NCBI RefSeq assembly: GCF_000315625.1
Contig: NW_005434663.1
Span: forward strand, 248,001-312,000
Reading direction: 5' to 3'
Source of the DNA: Guillardia theta CCMP2712
Taxonomy: Eukaryota > Protista > Cryptophyta
DNA length: 64,000 nucleotides
The translations under genes and the position numbers were made by a program. Positions 1 through 12,800 of the stretch are shown here, in pieces; position 1 is the first letter of the stretch, and every line of letters starts with the position of its first letter. The notes under the pieces were generated by a model that was not told where the DNA came from, ran no database searches, and saw nothing but the letters and a program-made list of their open reading frames with translations.

Positions 1-101
1 AAAGATGAGGAGGCGAAAGACGAGGGAGGAGGAGGAGGAGGAGGAAGGGGAGGGGGGGAGGAGGAGGAGGAAGGAAGAGGGAGAATGTCATTGTGATGTA
101 G

Positions 102-237
102 CAGCAGACTGAATGAGTTCTGTGAGTGCTTCAATACAGCAGGAGAGCTGTTGATGTGGCAGCGTGAGATTATCGAGGCAGGTGCAGCTAATGCCAGAAG
201 ATCATACGAGAAAAACGTTTCCGATGTGACAGGATAA
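102..237 (+). CDS. Probable last exon of a gene that starts upstream of the window (SRLNEFCECFNTAGELLMWQREIIEAGAANARRSYEKNVSDVTG*)
   Basis: GA-rich intron-like tract at 1-100 ends in AG, followed by an open frame to TAA at 235-237. No recognisable domain. Confidence 0.35.
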
Positions 238-927
238 TAGAAGTGGTGACCCAACAGTGATTGCTTCAAGAGCCTAGGTGTTGCAGCTAGATGGAGGAGT
301 CTGAATCAGATTCCGAGTGTGGAGTGAGGTGTGAAGGTCAGAGGCAGTGAGGATGCGAGGGCAGCGACAAGACTGAGGTGTGGGCACAGGAGATTGGGAA
401 CAAAGAGATATGGAAGGGGTGGGGGACAGGGTAGGTGTAGCATGGGAGCTACACAGAAAGGAATTGCGGGACGGAGAGGGAGGAATAATGTGGGAGGGAG
501 TGAAGGGAGCAACAAAGTGAAGTACTTAGAGGTCAGGAGCTGTCCTCGTGATCATAATTGGTTCGTAAGAGGTCGAGGAATGTCGGAGGGCACTAGAGAA
601 TGAACAAGTCCATGCACATCACTTTCAAAGGAATTGTCGATGTGAAGTTGCCCAAGACTTTCTTGCAATCGCATGATAAGCTCTCATGCTTCATGAATCT
701 TATTGAATTAGTTTTTTTGATTTGTTGACGAATCTCTATCATCTGTTTCGCTCACAAGAATTTTCTTAACAGGAGTCGCTGAAGTTATGCCCACAACACG
801 TGCTTCACATGCATGATGAGAACGAGATTCAGATTGAACTGGTGAAAACGCACAATATTTTGCTTCGAGAGATTCCTTAAAAACGCTGGACACTTCTGGT
901 TTGTGTCTGTTCAATTGAAGGGTCAGG

Positions 928-3582
928 ATGGGGAACAAGCTGAGCAGAGGCAAGTCTGTTGATAGCAAGTTCACAAAACCTACTGGCCTGTACCCGACGT
1001 GTGATTGGGACGAGAAAACAGTCAAGAAACTCATTAACAAGAAGAAGGTGGCTCCGCGATATCCTGGTAGAGAAGAACCAGGGCCAGATCTTGATGAGTG
1101 TCCTATTTGCTTCTTGGTGAGAAACCCGCAACAGGCTGAAGAGCCTTCTCCTTGTTCTGACGAAAGTTTTCTTGATAGTGGTATCCCGGGGGTTTGAATC
1201 GCTCAAAATGCTGCAAAAAGCCGATCTGTACAGGTAAGGAATCGCATCGTAACAAAAGATTCAAGATGTTGACTGGGAGCGTACAGAATGCTTTCTGCAG
1301 TTCAAAAAGCCCAATGCTCAGAAAGCCATTCAATGTCCATTCTGCAATTCGTTGAATTACTCTGTAAAGTACACCGGCCAAATGACAAAAGAAGAGCGTG
1401 AAGCATTGGAAGCTGTGAGGATGTTTTCGTGTTTACCCTTGTCTTTTCACTTTCCTTCCTTGTTCTCTTCCATGTTGGCATTGTTGACTCACGTTTTTTA
1501 ATACACAGGAGGAGCAAAAGGTTATTGAAGCCAAGATCAGAGCGCGAAAAGCAGAGTTGTCAAGACAAATAGAGCGTGAGAAGGAGGTTGCTTTGGAGAG
1601 AGAGCAGAAGAAGCAAGAGGCTGCGGCAGCAGGCCCAACTCAACCACCACCTCCTCCAGAGAGTCATGACTCAAATCCCGTAAATCAATCTGCAAGAGAA
1701 TCCGAAAGCGGTTCTCGCAGATGGCGTCCAAGCGCGAATTCTGAAGGTGATGGTTGGTCTTTCGTTGAGAGTTTCAGAGACTCACTGATGATGCTTGTTT
1801 TCAGTGAATGATGACGAGGAGCATGACAGAGCGAATACTGATATAGAAGAGTTGATGGTAATGGAAGCTATAAGATTGTCTCTACTCGACATCAAAAATG
1901 GAGATTATGCAGGTGCAGTGCAGATGTAGTTTGTGCGAGTGCTTACAATCTTTTAAGATCAAGGTACTGAGAATGCTTCAGATGAGGACAGCAATACATA
2001 TGAAAATGCGCAGTCCATATTAGCAGCGGGCATGGATGCATCGTCTAGTGACGATGAAGGTTGTTTTCTGGCAGGTCCGACGCAACGAGCTGCTTTGTAC
2101 GAAGACGATGAATCTTATGGTGGGGGAAATGGCGGATATCACTCCGATCGAACTTTAGACAAGCGGGTCATCGCTCGTCGACTTCATTCGGAACGCAATA
2201 TGGCAGCAGCAGAGGGAGGCTTCAGATCCAGTCAAGACGATCTTGCTTTGGAAAGCAGGTTGAGATATAGATCTTTCGATCAACGTCACACGAGTGGACG
2301 CGCACATGTACATTCTCATATACACTCAGGTACTAAGTCAATGTCTTGTGCAACCTCATTTTATCATGTGACGCTTGGAATGATAGAGTTCGAACAACTG
2401 ACACGCGATGATTTGGACGATGTAGAAGCGAAGCAAGAAATTGCAAATCTTCTGGAGATGAATCTTGAATGGTTTGCTGAGGAATCGACTCTAAGGAGGT
2501 ATTGTCCTTGGGATTATGAGGAAAGAAGCATCTCTGAATCCGAGGAGGCTGGCTCTCCAAACCCTCGTCCGTCAGTGGATAGGATGAATCCCTCCATGTC
2601 ACCTGTGGCCTTGGAGCCTTTGTCAACGGTGTCTCCTCCAGCCTTTGGTACCTCGCCGGCCGACGCCATTCAGCGTGAAGGTCAAATGGAATCTGATTTA
2701 GCACATATGATACATGCTCCACGGGAGCTTGATGGTCAATTTGCCAACGGTCCGACGCACGACCGATCAAGGGGAGGTGCAGTTGATGAATTCGTCTCAT
2801 TTCAAGCGGAAGACGATGCACGCATGGGCATTCACCAGCAGGAATCTACTCCTCTAGATAAAGACTCTGCGACTCATGAAAGCAGCACGTTGATTGAAGG
2901 TGCGATTCAAGGGGAACAAGCAAGTGCAGAGCTCTCAAGTAACTCGAATCTGGACGCTATCAGTCAGGAACCTTGTCCTTCTCCTCAGTTGGTCGGGTTC
3001 CAGGTCTCAGGGGGGGACAGAGCTGCTCGTGAACCTGTCTCAGGCGGGGAAACCATCCGAAGGGAGGAAAGCTCTCCCACCAGTGAGGAGCTGCCCACAC
3101 AGCCTGAGCAGAGACGCGAGTCTGCAGTGCCAGATTGTCAGATAGAAAGCCCAAGTTCGAATGCCTGGGTAGAAGGAGAATGCCAAATAGCCCAAACACA
3201 AGGGACTGAATGTGATATGAGGGACGGAGAAGAAGTCTTAGATGATGATCGAGGGGATAACGGTCAAAGTACTGATGAACTTGACAAGGACACACAAGGC
3301 AGCCAGGAAATAGAGGAGAGTGATGGGCAGGTACAAGACCAAGGTGGGAATGAAGAACTGGTACAAGACCACGATACACAGAAGCTCGAGCTGGAGCCTT
3401 CTTCCGATCAGGGCGAGGAGTTGAAGTCCAGCGGAGAGGACACACAAGAAGGCTTGTCGAACGACAAATCTATGGCTTGTGACGCACCTGAAGAGCAGTT
3501 GCATGGAGAAGACGATGAAACTTCATCGAAGAAAATTCTCGCGGTTCCGACGGAGGAACTTGGATGCGAAGAGTTGAGATGA
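928..3582 (+). CDS. RING E3 ubiquitin ligase of the GW2/DA2/Sip5 family with a long acidic C-terminal tail
   Basis: Splicing introns 1117-1178, 1234-1286, 1415-1508, 1747-1804 and 1912-1957 gives MGNKLS (myristoylation-type start), [39 protein letters not shown]...[15 protein letters not shown] and the UIM-like [15 protein letters not shown]. The frame then runs into the 2032-3582 ORF. Confidence 0.85.
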
Positions 3583-3800
3583 TTGCTGTTGGCGTCTCGT
3601 TTGTACTATCATGGAGGGTTTTGGCGTTGTTAACAAGAAGATGCTTGCTGTTCTACTTGAAAACGTTGAGTTTCGAGACAAATAAATCTGTTAGAAGACC
3701 CACAAACAAGCTCATCTGACCCAATTTGAGCAGCTGGGATCATGTTCAGAATGCCATAAGAGAAAGTCTTTTCGTCAAACATAGCGTTAGTTCTACGCGT

Positions 3801-4938
3801 CTACATTTTTCCGCTTTCTCGTGCAAGTTCTATCACAGTCTTCTTCTTGGCGGGCTTCTCTTCGGTCCTGCAAACAAGTCAAACTGGCAGCACTGAGAGC
3901 ACAAGGAAGTCTCACTCGGCTGGTTTGGGAGGTGCCTTGGGAGCATGCAGCACGTGCGGCGCATGATGCGCATGAGTACGAGTGAGGATGGGGGTGAGGA
4001 CCGGTAGCACTCCATGCGGCACTTTCACGAGGCTGCCGACGAGTGTGCCTGAGAATGAAGTGAGGCGAAAGTGAAGGAGCTGTCAAAGTAGGGGAGATGA
4101 CACCTTTCTTCTTCCGCTCAAGGGCTTGCTGCCTCAGTTTCCGAAATTTCTCCGGCACGTTGGTGCCATGGAAGGAGCGGATCACTTCCCTGACATCCTG
4201 GATGTCTTCTTTCGCAATCGCCTCGAGGAAGGGGATGAGGTCGATCAGTTCCGTGTCGTTCAAATCTCCGTTCCAAGGTTTGATGGCGACAGCATTGTCA
4301 GGCTGGTAGGAGTAGCTGACCGAGTTCGTGTCGACAATGATCACCTTGCGGAGGTCTCTGTTGAGGAAGGAGAGATCCTTGATGTGCTTCCCGTTTACGT
4401 ACTTGGTGTGCTCCCTGTACAGGGAATGCTCAAAGTATGGCTGCTGTTCCGCTAGCCTCATCACGATCGGCTGAGCATAGGAGCTCATGGCACTCGTGAA
4501 AATAACAATCTCGTAAGTCTGGGACATGTGCGCAAGGAAAGCATCGAGCCCTGGTCTCTTCTTTGTCCTATGTCCCCTTTTCCGGTCCCATTCTGTGTTG
4601 ACCAACGTGTCTTCCAGGCTCAGAACCAGCGTCCTGTGTGTGAAGGAGGGGCCTGTTTCAGGAGGATCAGGGAGAAGTTTCCCTGGAGGAAGTCCTGCTC
4701 TGTCCGCTGGCTCCACCACCCAGTCGATCCAGCTCTTCAATCCCAGCGTCTGTACCATCCTGTCACTCAGGCTCTGCGTGCTCAGAGGCTCCTGCGCCTC
4801 AGCCCTCACGGGAGGCTTCAAGGTGGTGTAGAGAAGGGATCCTCCGAGAAGAGAGGAGGAGGCAAGCAGAGCTCGTCCCCCCCTCCTCCTCGCTCCCGCT
4901 GCCATCGCTCGTAGCATCGCTTGCATCTGCGCCTGCAT
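3801..4938 (-). CDS. TIM50: Mitochondrial import inner membrane translocase subunit TIM50 (FCP1/SCP-like domain)
   Basis: Arg/Ala-rich presequence, KLLPDP, TLVLSLEDTLV (degenerate DxDxT motif), KKRPGLDAFL, YEIVIFTS, KDLSFLNRDLRKVIIVD, QPDNAVAIKPW. ATG at 4938; the spliced C-terminus ends at TAG 3801-3803. Confidence 0.92.
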
Positions 4939-4957
4939 GCTGGTTTGAGGGTGTTGT

Positions 4958-5018
4958 TGTAACTGCTGTAACGTATATATAACCGATTTGTAACGTATTA
5001 TGTAACCTTCATTGTAAC
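4958..5018. promoter_or_regulatory. Array of TGTAAC (GTTACA on the TIM50 sense strand) with about 11-bp spacing
   Basis: TGTAAC at 4958, 4967, 4989, 5001 and 5013 plus TATAAC at 4978, lying 20-80 bp upstream of the TIM50 ATG. Confidence 0.5.
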
Positions 5019-5301
5019 GCTCAATCGAAGAGACATGCTGAAATGACTGCACTGTAGCGATAGGCGAGGTCATGCAGACGGATGGAGGACGGAGTAGGAA
5101 TGAGAGACATGGACAAGGAGTATTATGTTGAACTGAGTGGAGAGAGAAAGGATAGAGACGGAGGAAAGATCTTGTGACCCTTGAAACACAGATTTTACTC
5201 AGGAGAGATGGAACGTTTCAAAAGAGAGATAGAGAAGAGGAGAAGAGATACTCTGGTTAATCTTTCATCTTACTCTTTCTTTTCAAACAGGGGACAGTGA
5301 C

Positions 5302-6179
5302 ATGATGCGTGTGGAAGCACAACTTGTGTCGTTTTCTCTGCTGCTATGCTTCATATGTGGACTGGTCGTCGTTTTCAGAGGAGAGCGTACTCAACGTTCT
5401 GTTTTGATTCAAGATAACAGAGTCCCGACTTTCGATTGGAGTGACAAGAATGTTGACCTATTTTACAAAGCCTGCCAAGAAGGAAACGAAGGGGCTTGCA
5501 AGGATCTTGTCAGCAGTGACGCTGCGCTTGCCAGTTTGAACAGAAGATCCTTCAAAGGACGAGTCTTTCTTCAACCCCAGCCATCTCAAGGTAACCCTTT
5601 CTTATCCGGTTCGTTTGTATGATGAAGGGGCTTCTCAGAAGAAAACTCTTATGATAAATTTCGTAAGGCCGGTGACAACATCGTTCCATTGGCCGGCCAT
5701 TATGGCGTCAATGAGATGTCGGGTTATGATCTGGGCTCCACTCTTGAACCGGTTGAGGTGGAACAGAGAAGCATCCTCACTCCTGGAGCAACCATGCTGC
5801 GTGGAATGGGAGCGGGAGGGGCTCATTCATTTTCGAAATACCCCCTTGCTTTGCTAGGTAATCATCCCTTGCCATGGTGCTGTCGATCTTACATGTGGTA
5901 GTGTCTCAAGGCTTCCGCCAACAGCGTGGCATCCAAAGGTTGGCTGCCTTTCCCTCTAACTGTGACCCTGATGGGCCGAACTGTGGGCCAACGAGGCCAG
6001 CGGAAGATTTCATGGCTGATGTACAGCTTCCCCCGAGGGACTGGCTAAATATGCGATATGAATGTTGTCCTTGCCTTGGAGAGGGCTCAAGAAGAATCGG
6101 ATACGACCAGTTTGATAACAGCGGCTTCTACAATCCCTACACTATGAACCTTTGCCACAACTGTGGCTGCACAGTGTGA
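5302..6179 (+). CDS. Secreted or signal-anchored hypothetical protein with a Cys-rich C-terminal module (3 exons)
   Basis: N-terminal hydrophobic segment LVSFSLLLCFICGLVVVF. Introns 5591-5638 and 5858-5901 join the three ORF pieces in frame. The last exon encodes 8 Cys. Confidence 0.75.
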
Positions 6180-6406
6180 TGAAAGGTCTTGTATTTCTGT
6201 ATTGTATTAGAATCATCGATTGAATAGAAAGAGTCCAAGCATTGTGCTGGAACGGCCAAAGTTGTAACTCAACTAGAAGATGATACAAGTAGGTCCAATG
6301 TAAAGCCCTACTTCCTATGCTCTTGCAAGCATATATTCAGCACCGTCCCAGAGGAAACAATACTCCTGTCATGCGCTACACGCCAGTGCGGCGGTTGGTA
6401 ATGATT

Positions 6407-7288
6407 CTATGACGTTATTGTAAGGCATTTCTTGTTCCCGAGATTTGACGCGCAGCTTTTGCTCAATGAAGTATAAAATGCCTTTGAGAAAAGAAGGACT
6501 TTCAAACGGTCTTTGATCCATCTGCCTACCTTATAGAGCAGAAAGATTTTAAGCAACTTGAGCACCCATCTTGCCACAGCCATGACAAACTTCAAGTTCT
6601 GTACGTAGGGTTGAAGCTTGCAAATACCTTGACCCCAGGTCTTGACCAGTTTGCCCACTCTTTTTGGTGAACAAGTTCCGAAAGAAAACCTCGCTGGCCA
6701 ACTGTCGCTTTCCCTTCTTGGATCAAGGAATCCTTCAAGTGAAAACCGTGAGTTGATCGTGTATTCCAAGAATGAGACTCTTTTTGATCCTCTGTGATTT
6801 TTTTCAATTATGCTATCATTTTTCTGAGAATGCGGTGATGCGAGATCATTGCTTTCTCCTATAGTGCAACAAGTCTCATTCATCGACACCATGTTCGTGT
6901 ACTTATCTTCAAGAGAGTGCTTGCTTCCATCGGAGATCATGTTTGTTTCCTGTTGAGTGTTCACCAACGATTCGTGGCGTTGCTCTCTGTCGCTGCGTTT
7001 GCTCCTCCTCCGCCCTTGGCTCCCTGCTGGCTCCCCCGCTTGTTTGAAATGCCTGCCTGCTTTCCACACGCTACCCGGCAGAGTGGCTTGCAAAAGAGTT
7101 GCAATTATTTCCTTTAATTCAGAACTCTTACAGAAAATTCCAAATTTCAGTGAAAAATTACATGGGACCGGGCAATACATGGGACCGGGCCATCTCACTT
7201 GTGCAACATGCCAAAAGTGACGGTATGAGGGGCAGAATCTCAGGCGGTTGACCGTGGCCGACCTACTGTATGGCCTTCCGACTGGCAT
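6407..7288 (-). CDS. Hypothetical protein with a possible C-terminal membrane or amphipathic segment
   Basis: 301-codon ORF with a hydrophobic/basic C-terminus (FVMAVARWVLKLLKIFLLYKVG). No recognisable domain; start and introns uncertain. Confidence 0.45.
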   Translation of the reverse strand: MPVGRPYSRSATVNRLRFCPSYRHFWHVAQVRWPGPMYCPVPCNFSLKFGIFCKSSELKEIIATLLQATLPGSVWKAGRHFKQAGEPAGSQGRRRSKRSDREQRHESLVNTQQETNMISDGSKHSLEDKYTNMVSMNETCCTIGESNDLASPHSQKNDSIIEKNHRGSKRVSFLEYTINSRFSLEGFLDPRRESDSWPARFSFGTCSPKRVGKLVKTWGQGICKLQPYVQNLKFVMAVARWVLKLLKIFLLYKVGRWIKDRLKVLLFSKAFYTSLSKSCASNLGNKKCLTITS

Positions 7289-7445
7289 GCTCGCAAGAAC
7301 TTGGGAAGGCAAGGACGAGCGAGAGGGAGCGAGAGGGAGCGGAGGGGAGAGACAGAGCTGAGGGAGTGTTAGTGACAGTGTGCGGTGATCAGATGATATA
7401 GCCTTGTGCTCGTCTCAGCTTTCTCAAGTTAACAAGCGTGAGGTG

Positions 7446-9595
7446 ATGTCTAGAACTAAACAATGGTCGATCCAAGGGGGATTGAGCTCTCGCCCAAGAC
7501 CTAGAACAGTCCTCGGCAGTTCTGAGGTGAACAGCAAGGGATTGCCTAAGGTGGTTTCCTTTCAAGATGCTAGGATGAAACATTCGCACGATTCTTCGTC
7601 AAACTCCTTCGACTCGAAATTCATGAAGTATGTCCGATCGCGATGTCCATTTCCTACAACCCCGATGGTGGTGTCAGGGTCCTACTCGCAAGGAGAACAG
7701 TCAATGCTGCAGCACGCGACTCCTGATTCAACTCTCTCCACAGAATCCATTGGCAGTGATGCCCTGACGCAACTCACACCTCAGGATTATGACGCGGCAG
7801 AGTGGAAGCAGAGGAGAGACAGGTCCGGAAGACGCTTCTATGTCAACCGCAGGGACGGCAGGTTGTCGTGGACGCATCCCAACTCTCCGGATCCAGAGGA
7901 GGAGGTCGGGCAGGAGTATGGCCTTGTGCTACCTGGAGCTTTGAAGTCACCCAAGAGCGAACGAATCAGGAGCGTATTTAGACGATCGAGTCCCAGGGTC
8001 TTGGAGGCAGGAGAGATTGTGAGCTGGCCGGTAGGAACACACATGGTGTTGAGATCAGAACCAGAACGTCGAAGACATTCACAGAGTTCCAACCCAAACA
8101 GCCCAGTTGTCATGCATCAACCCTCCTCGATGAGCCAAGACTCGGCAGCCAGCGCCAACAGGTTTCATCGAGACTACCTGAGGGGGTTGAAACTTAATTT
8201 CCCTCCGCTCGATGTCGAAAGAGCGCGAGAGGGAGTTTTGTCTCCCAACCTCGCTAGAGGTACATCATGGCGTGATGTGTTGGCGTTCTCATCTTCCTTG
8301 TTGCAGATCAAAAAGCCAACGAGGCAGCGAGTATGACGGCGCTGACTCCCTTCGGATATGTGACGCTTGCAGAAGACGCAGCAGGCTCCAGCCCGAATGA
8401 GATGCACGGCGAGCAGGTCAAGATTGTCAGGGAGGCTTTGATGGCAACAGGAGAGGGGCACGACAAGCTGCAAGGTCTGAGAGCAGCAATCGTCGACCAC
8501 TTCCATCCAGAACTCTTTGTTGAAAGCTCTAGCAACACAAGACTACTGCAACAAGAAATGTTTCGAAGTCATTCGTTAAACGAGAAGCTGGAGGTACGTG
8601 GGCTCATAATGATCTCTCGTTCGTTCATGCCGTGTTGTCACAGGCGCTGCGGTCATGTTATGATGCTGGATCCATCAGTCTCCAAGCTTTCAGATTCTTG
8701 AAGCAAGCGTTTCTCGACCTCGAGGATGCCTCAGCAGGGCTCCAGAGAGGTTGGAAGAACGATATTGCCTCTCGCCCTTCATTGTCCTCGTTCTGTTCCA
8801 TGACTTGGTTCTTGTTGACCCAGCAGTCCCATCGCGTGGGAAGGAGGAGAAGCGGAGACAAGAAGTAGCATCTTTATTTCCAACAACTCAGGCAGGCTTC
8901 TCTTGGGAAACGACCAAGCAAAGCAACGACCGAAGGTTGAGCACAACTTTCCAACGACGTAGCACAAGGTCTGTGCTGAAACTCGATTGCCGGTCGTGTT
9001 GAGATTCATTCATTGTGGACAGGCAGGCAACATCTACAGCAGGAACCGAAAGTGAAGAGAAAATGATGAGATCTTACATCCCGTTCGTTTATTCTCTTGG
9101 GCATCGGCCAGCATTGACAGTCAAACAGGCGAAGGAGATCGGATGTGAGCATCTGTCACTATGGAGCCTTCAACGGCACTGAAAAGGCGACTGAAGTTCT
9201 TGTGTTTTCTCCTCTCTCGAGCAAGTGATGCTCACAGACTTGAGATGCGCGTCTCTGACGCTCCTCTCAGCTGCAGTCCTCGCCGACATTCACCTGTTGC
9301 CGCTGAGGAGGCCATGGACACGAGCAGCTTTGCTTTGCGATCCCAACAGGTAGGATCTCGTTCTAGTGTGCATGTATCGGTCGTTCGACAGTAGCATGTA
9401 TCTAGTGCTAGTTTGACTACAGTTTGCATCTGGCGCTTCTGAAGCTTTGTTCAGGAACCGCGGATGTCAACGACTCAGATGATGCAACAAGCGTTTGCGC
9501 GAGAGCGATGGATCACTTCGGCTGACAGCATCGTCTTGTCTCCTGGTGAAGTGCCGCAGCAGTACCGCATGGTCCCTGGCAGGAACTTGCATTGA
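7446..9595 (+). CDS. WW-domain protein, largely low-complexity
   Basis: AEWKQRRDRSGRRFYVNRRDGRLSWTHP matches the WW consensus (W..x..GR.YY.N......W.HP). Exons can be traced through short introns to TGA 9593-9595. Confidence 0.7.
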
Positions 9596-9825
9596 TATAA
9601 AAGCATTGAGCTAACAAGGGCGCTACCTTAAAAAGGGTAAGCCGGTCTGACGAACCTCCTACCACCCCAGGCTCTCTTACCGTACCCCCCCTCCCATCTC
9701 TTCTTACTACCCCTCCTGCCCTGTAGCGATGCTAGCACCACCAGTCCTCCTAGCTAGCTATCTTCTGTTTGTTGATTCAAAAAAAAAGTCAAGTCCATCG
9801 TCAAAGTCTTCGGGTTGCCCTCATC

Positions 9826-12800
9826 ATGGGCGGGGGATCTTCGCTTCTTGTGGGAGCAGACGATGGAAGGTGAGTCCGCTGCTGCTGGGCTGCTGCTGGG
9901 CTGCTGCTGGGCTGCTGCTGGGCTGCTGCTGGGCTGCTGCTGGGCTGGTCTCTACTGACAGGTTGCGCTGCCTCAGACGCTTTCGAGCTCTACTGGCTCA
10001 GGCGAAAGGCAACCTGGAGAATACGAGGCTATGGAACGCAGTCGAGGAGACGCTGCGAACCATCGAGGAGAAAGCGCTAGACTACGTGAACATGGCGCTA
10101 GAATATCATGATGGCAAAGACTTACCTTGCATATCACGCGAGCGAAGAGATGCGCGGAAGGCGTGGAGTATCGCGTTTGGAAACGGCCTCACGGTCACGT
10201 TCACCATGAACTCTGAGCATGAGCAGATGCGAAGATGGCATAAGTCGGTGAGTTTGAGAGCGAAGATGGAGGATAGAGTGACGGTGTCCTCAGGTGGGTC
10301 AAAGAGTGAGACACAACAATATCTTGCGGAAAGCCTGCATGAGGGCGGGAGGTGTTGATGTGCCGCTGTCCCTGAGCTTCGACTACATGGGTTTGCGAGT
10401 CTTGATAGCAAGCAAGTACTAGAAGACACTATCTCCGACTTCATCCGCTCCTTAACGGCAGTGACAGGTCAGAAGAAGAGCTCATCAGCAGCTGCTTGCC
10501 CAGCAGATCAAGCTTGCTGGACTCTGTGCTGGCCGATGCTCGTCTTGACCCTCAGGTTACTGTCTATTTGCGGTCTATCTGTGACAACCTTGACAGGCGA
10601 AAGTCAAGGCCATTAACGTGGAGAACGGCAAGATTCTGATCGCAGACTTCCAGGACTTGGCAGAGCAGGAGCCCACCTCAGATCTCTCCTTCCACGTCTT
10701 GCGACCTGAGTTGCAAGTGGGTCAAGGAAGCGACAGCGAAGCAAGTTTCGAGGAGATGTACATCACGGTATCAACGCTGATGAGGAAGCCCGGACGCTGA
10801 CGACAGTCTCAAGGCTGTCCATCATCAACTCCAAGACTTCAGCCAAGAACTTGGAACAGAAGCTTCTGACGACCATCAGGTTTTTTGAGTCCGGTCTGTC
10901 GGGGCTGACACTGCCAAGTTGATAGGAAGCCAGTGGTTGTCGCAAGTTGTACGTCGAATGCACGTGAGGGGGTTGAACGCGCGACATCTGCTGCTGCTCG
11001 TTCAGTACATGTGTCACAATCCGTGGAACTCGCAAAGTTCATATGAAGCGACCGAACGGCTTGTGTTCGCTTTGCTTGCAGAGATCGTTGCCAGGTGTTG
11101 CTGAGGGATGATGGTGACGGGACTGAGTCAGGCTGTCAGATCCTTGAAGACTTGTTTTCGCCAGTGCCTTGCGAAAGTTTCTTGTTCCTATGTGACGAGA
11201 AGACATGTGTGTTGCGCACAGAAAGCTGGTTGAGTTTGCTTGTCATGGGGGAGCTTGTTCTGACCTCGAGCGCTCAGCTTCCTTTTGGAATGTGATCTTC
11301 TTCAAAGGAATGTCAAACAATCTGATTGTAGTGAATGATAGCAATGAATTGTCTTTCTCTTGTTCTGAAATCAACAATGCTCAAGGTCTGCAAGATTTGA
11401 TCAAAAGCGCGATTACAAATGTTTTCGATTGCGACATCACCGAATTTATGCAAGACATTCTTCATTTGCTACAAGGAGAACAACAGGTCTTGGATGAATC
11501 TTGGATTTTTCAAAGACTCGACTGGAGCCTCGTAGAGTCAAGGCTTCGCTCAATGGTTGGCGTCGAGCTGTCACAAATGGCAGCCAAGCAGCTGAATCAG
11601 GCGGTGAATGCACGGAAGAGAGGAGGCGGAGACGTTGTTGGCATCAGCAGCATCGATGTTCGGTTCATTCCTGTCTCGAAGCCTTCGGTCCTGTCTGTCT
11701 ATGCGAAGACTGTCCGGCTTCTGCAGACGATCGCGAGTTCGAGGAGATCTTTGTCAGGCTAGTCCGTATGTTTCAGGCTCTCACGGCCATGCAGGAATTC
11801 GGATCGCACGACGTCTCGGGTGATGCGAGAGCTGACGAGGGTGAACGAGGCAGCTGGTGAGGGAGAGCGACGCTTGACTCGCTTGACTCGCTTGACTCGC
11901 TTGTCTCGCTTGACTCGCTTGTTTCGCTTGTTTCGCTTGACTCGCTTGTTTCGCTTGTTTCGCTTGTTTCGCTTGACTCGCTTGACCCTCCTGCAGTCGC
12001 TGAGGTTGAGCTTGTGCTCCAAGAGTCCCCGGGTGATTGGTTTGTCCTCCGAGCCAAGGGTCTCTTGCATCTCGCTCGTTCGAAGCTGCTTGGATCTCCT
12101 TCCACTTCCTCCGTCCTTGCGGTCCTGATCGCGATACGTCCGCCTCTTCTTCAGCTGACCTGCTGCTCAGATCTCTTCATTGCAGCAGGCAGCTACATGC
12201 ACTCGCTCGCTCTCCCGCCCTGACAGCGTCGACCTGATGGAGGCGCTGTACGTGGCTGCTGCGAGGTACCAGAGCTGCATGGGAGCTGACCCGAGCGACT
12301 CGATCGAGAGGCGACTGGAGGAGGAGGAGAGGAAGTTTGCTTCTGTGTTCGGCAAGGAGATGCGAGAGGAGGAGGAGGTGGCAGAAAGGCTGTGGGAATG
12401 GAGCCAAGCGGTCTTCGAGCAGGCGACCTGTCACTGTCGAGATGGGAGCGAGCTTCAGGAGCGACTGCTGCAAATTGCTGGGAAACTTTTGAGGCAGCAC
12501 ATGACGAGGAAGTTAAGCGATGAAGGGAGCGAAGAGAAGTGGTTGCTGGAAAAGACTAAAAGGCTGTCGGACTCAGAGTTCGTCTCAGTGTTTCATGTCA
12601 TTCATTCCTACCGCCAGTCAACCTTGAGGTTTGTTTTCTTCTGTCTCGTCTCTCGTTCATCTTCCCACAGAAAAAAGATCGAGGAGCTGCAGGACGTGTG
12701 GACCAAGAGCTGCAGGTCTCTCTTTGTGAGCAAGAAGAACGTGCGAGCTGGACCGAACAGGTTGGCGAGGGAGAAAGAAAGGAGAGCTGACACAAGGGGG

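Noticed and set aside
4939-5073. 45-aa N-terminal extension of TIM50 in the ORF track
   Set aside because: AT-rich motif array unlike a presequence; the ATG at 4938 gives a typical mitochondrial leader.
11759-12128. KRVKRN, SETSES and RLTRLF repeat ORFs; possible CRISPR-like array
   Set aside because: A 9-bp tandem repeat with no unique spacers, inside a spliceosomal intron; no cas genes.
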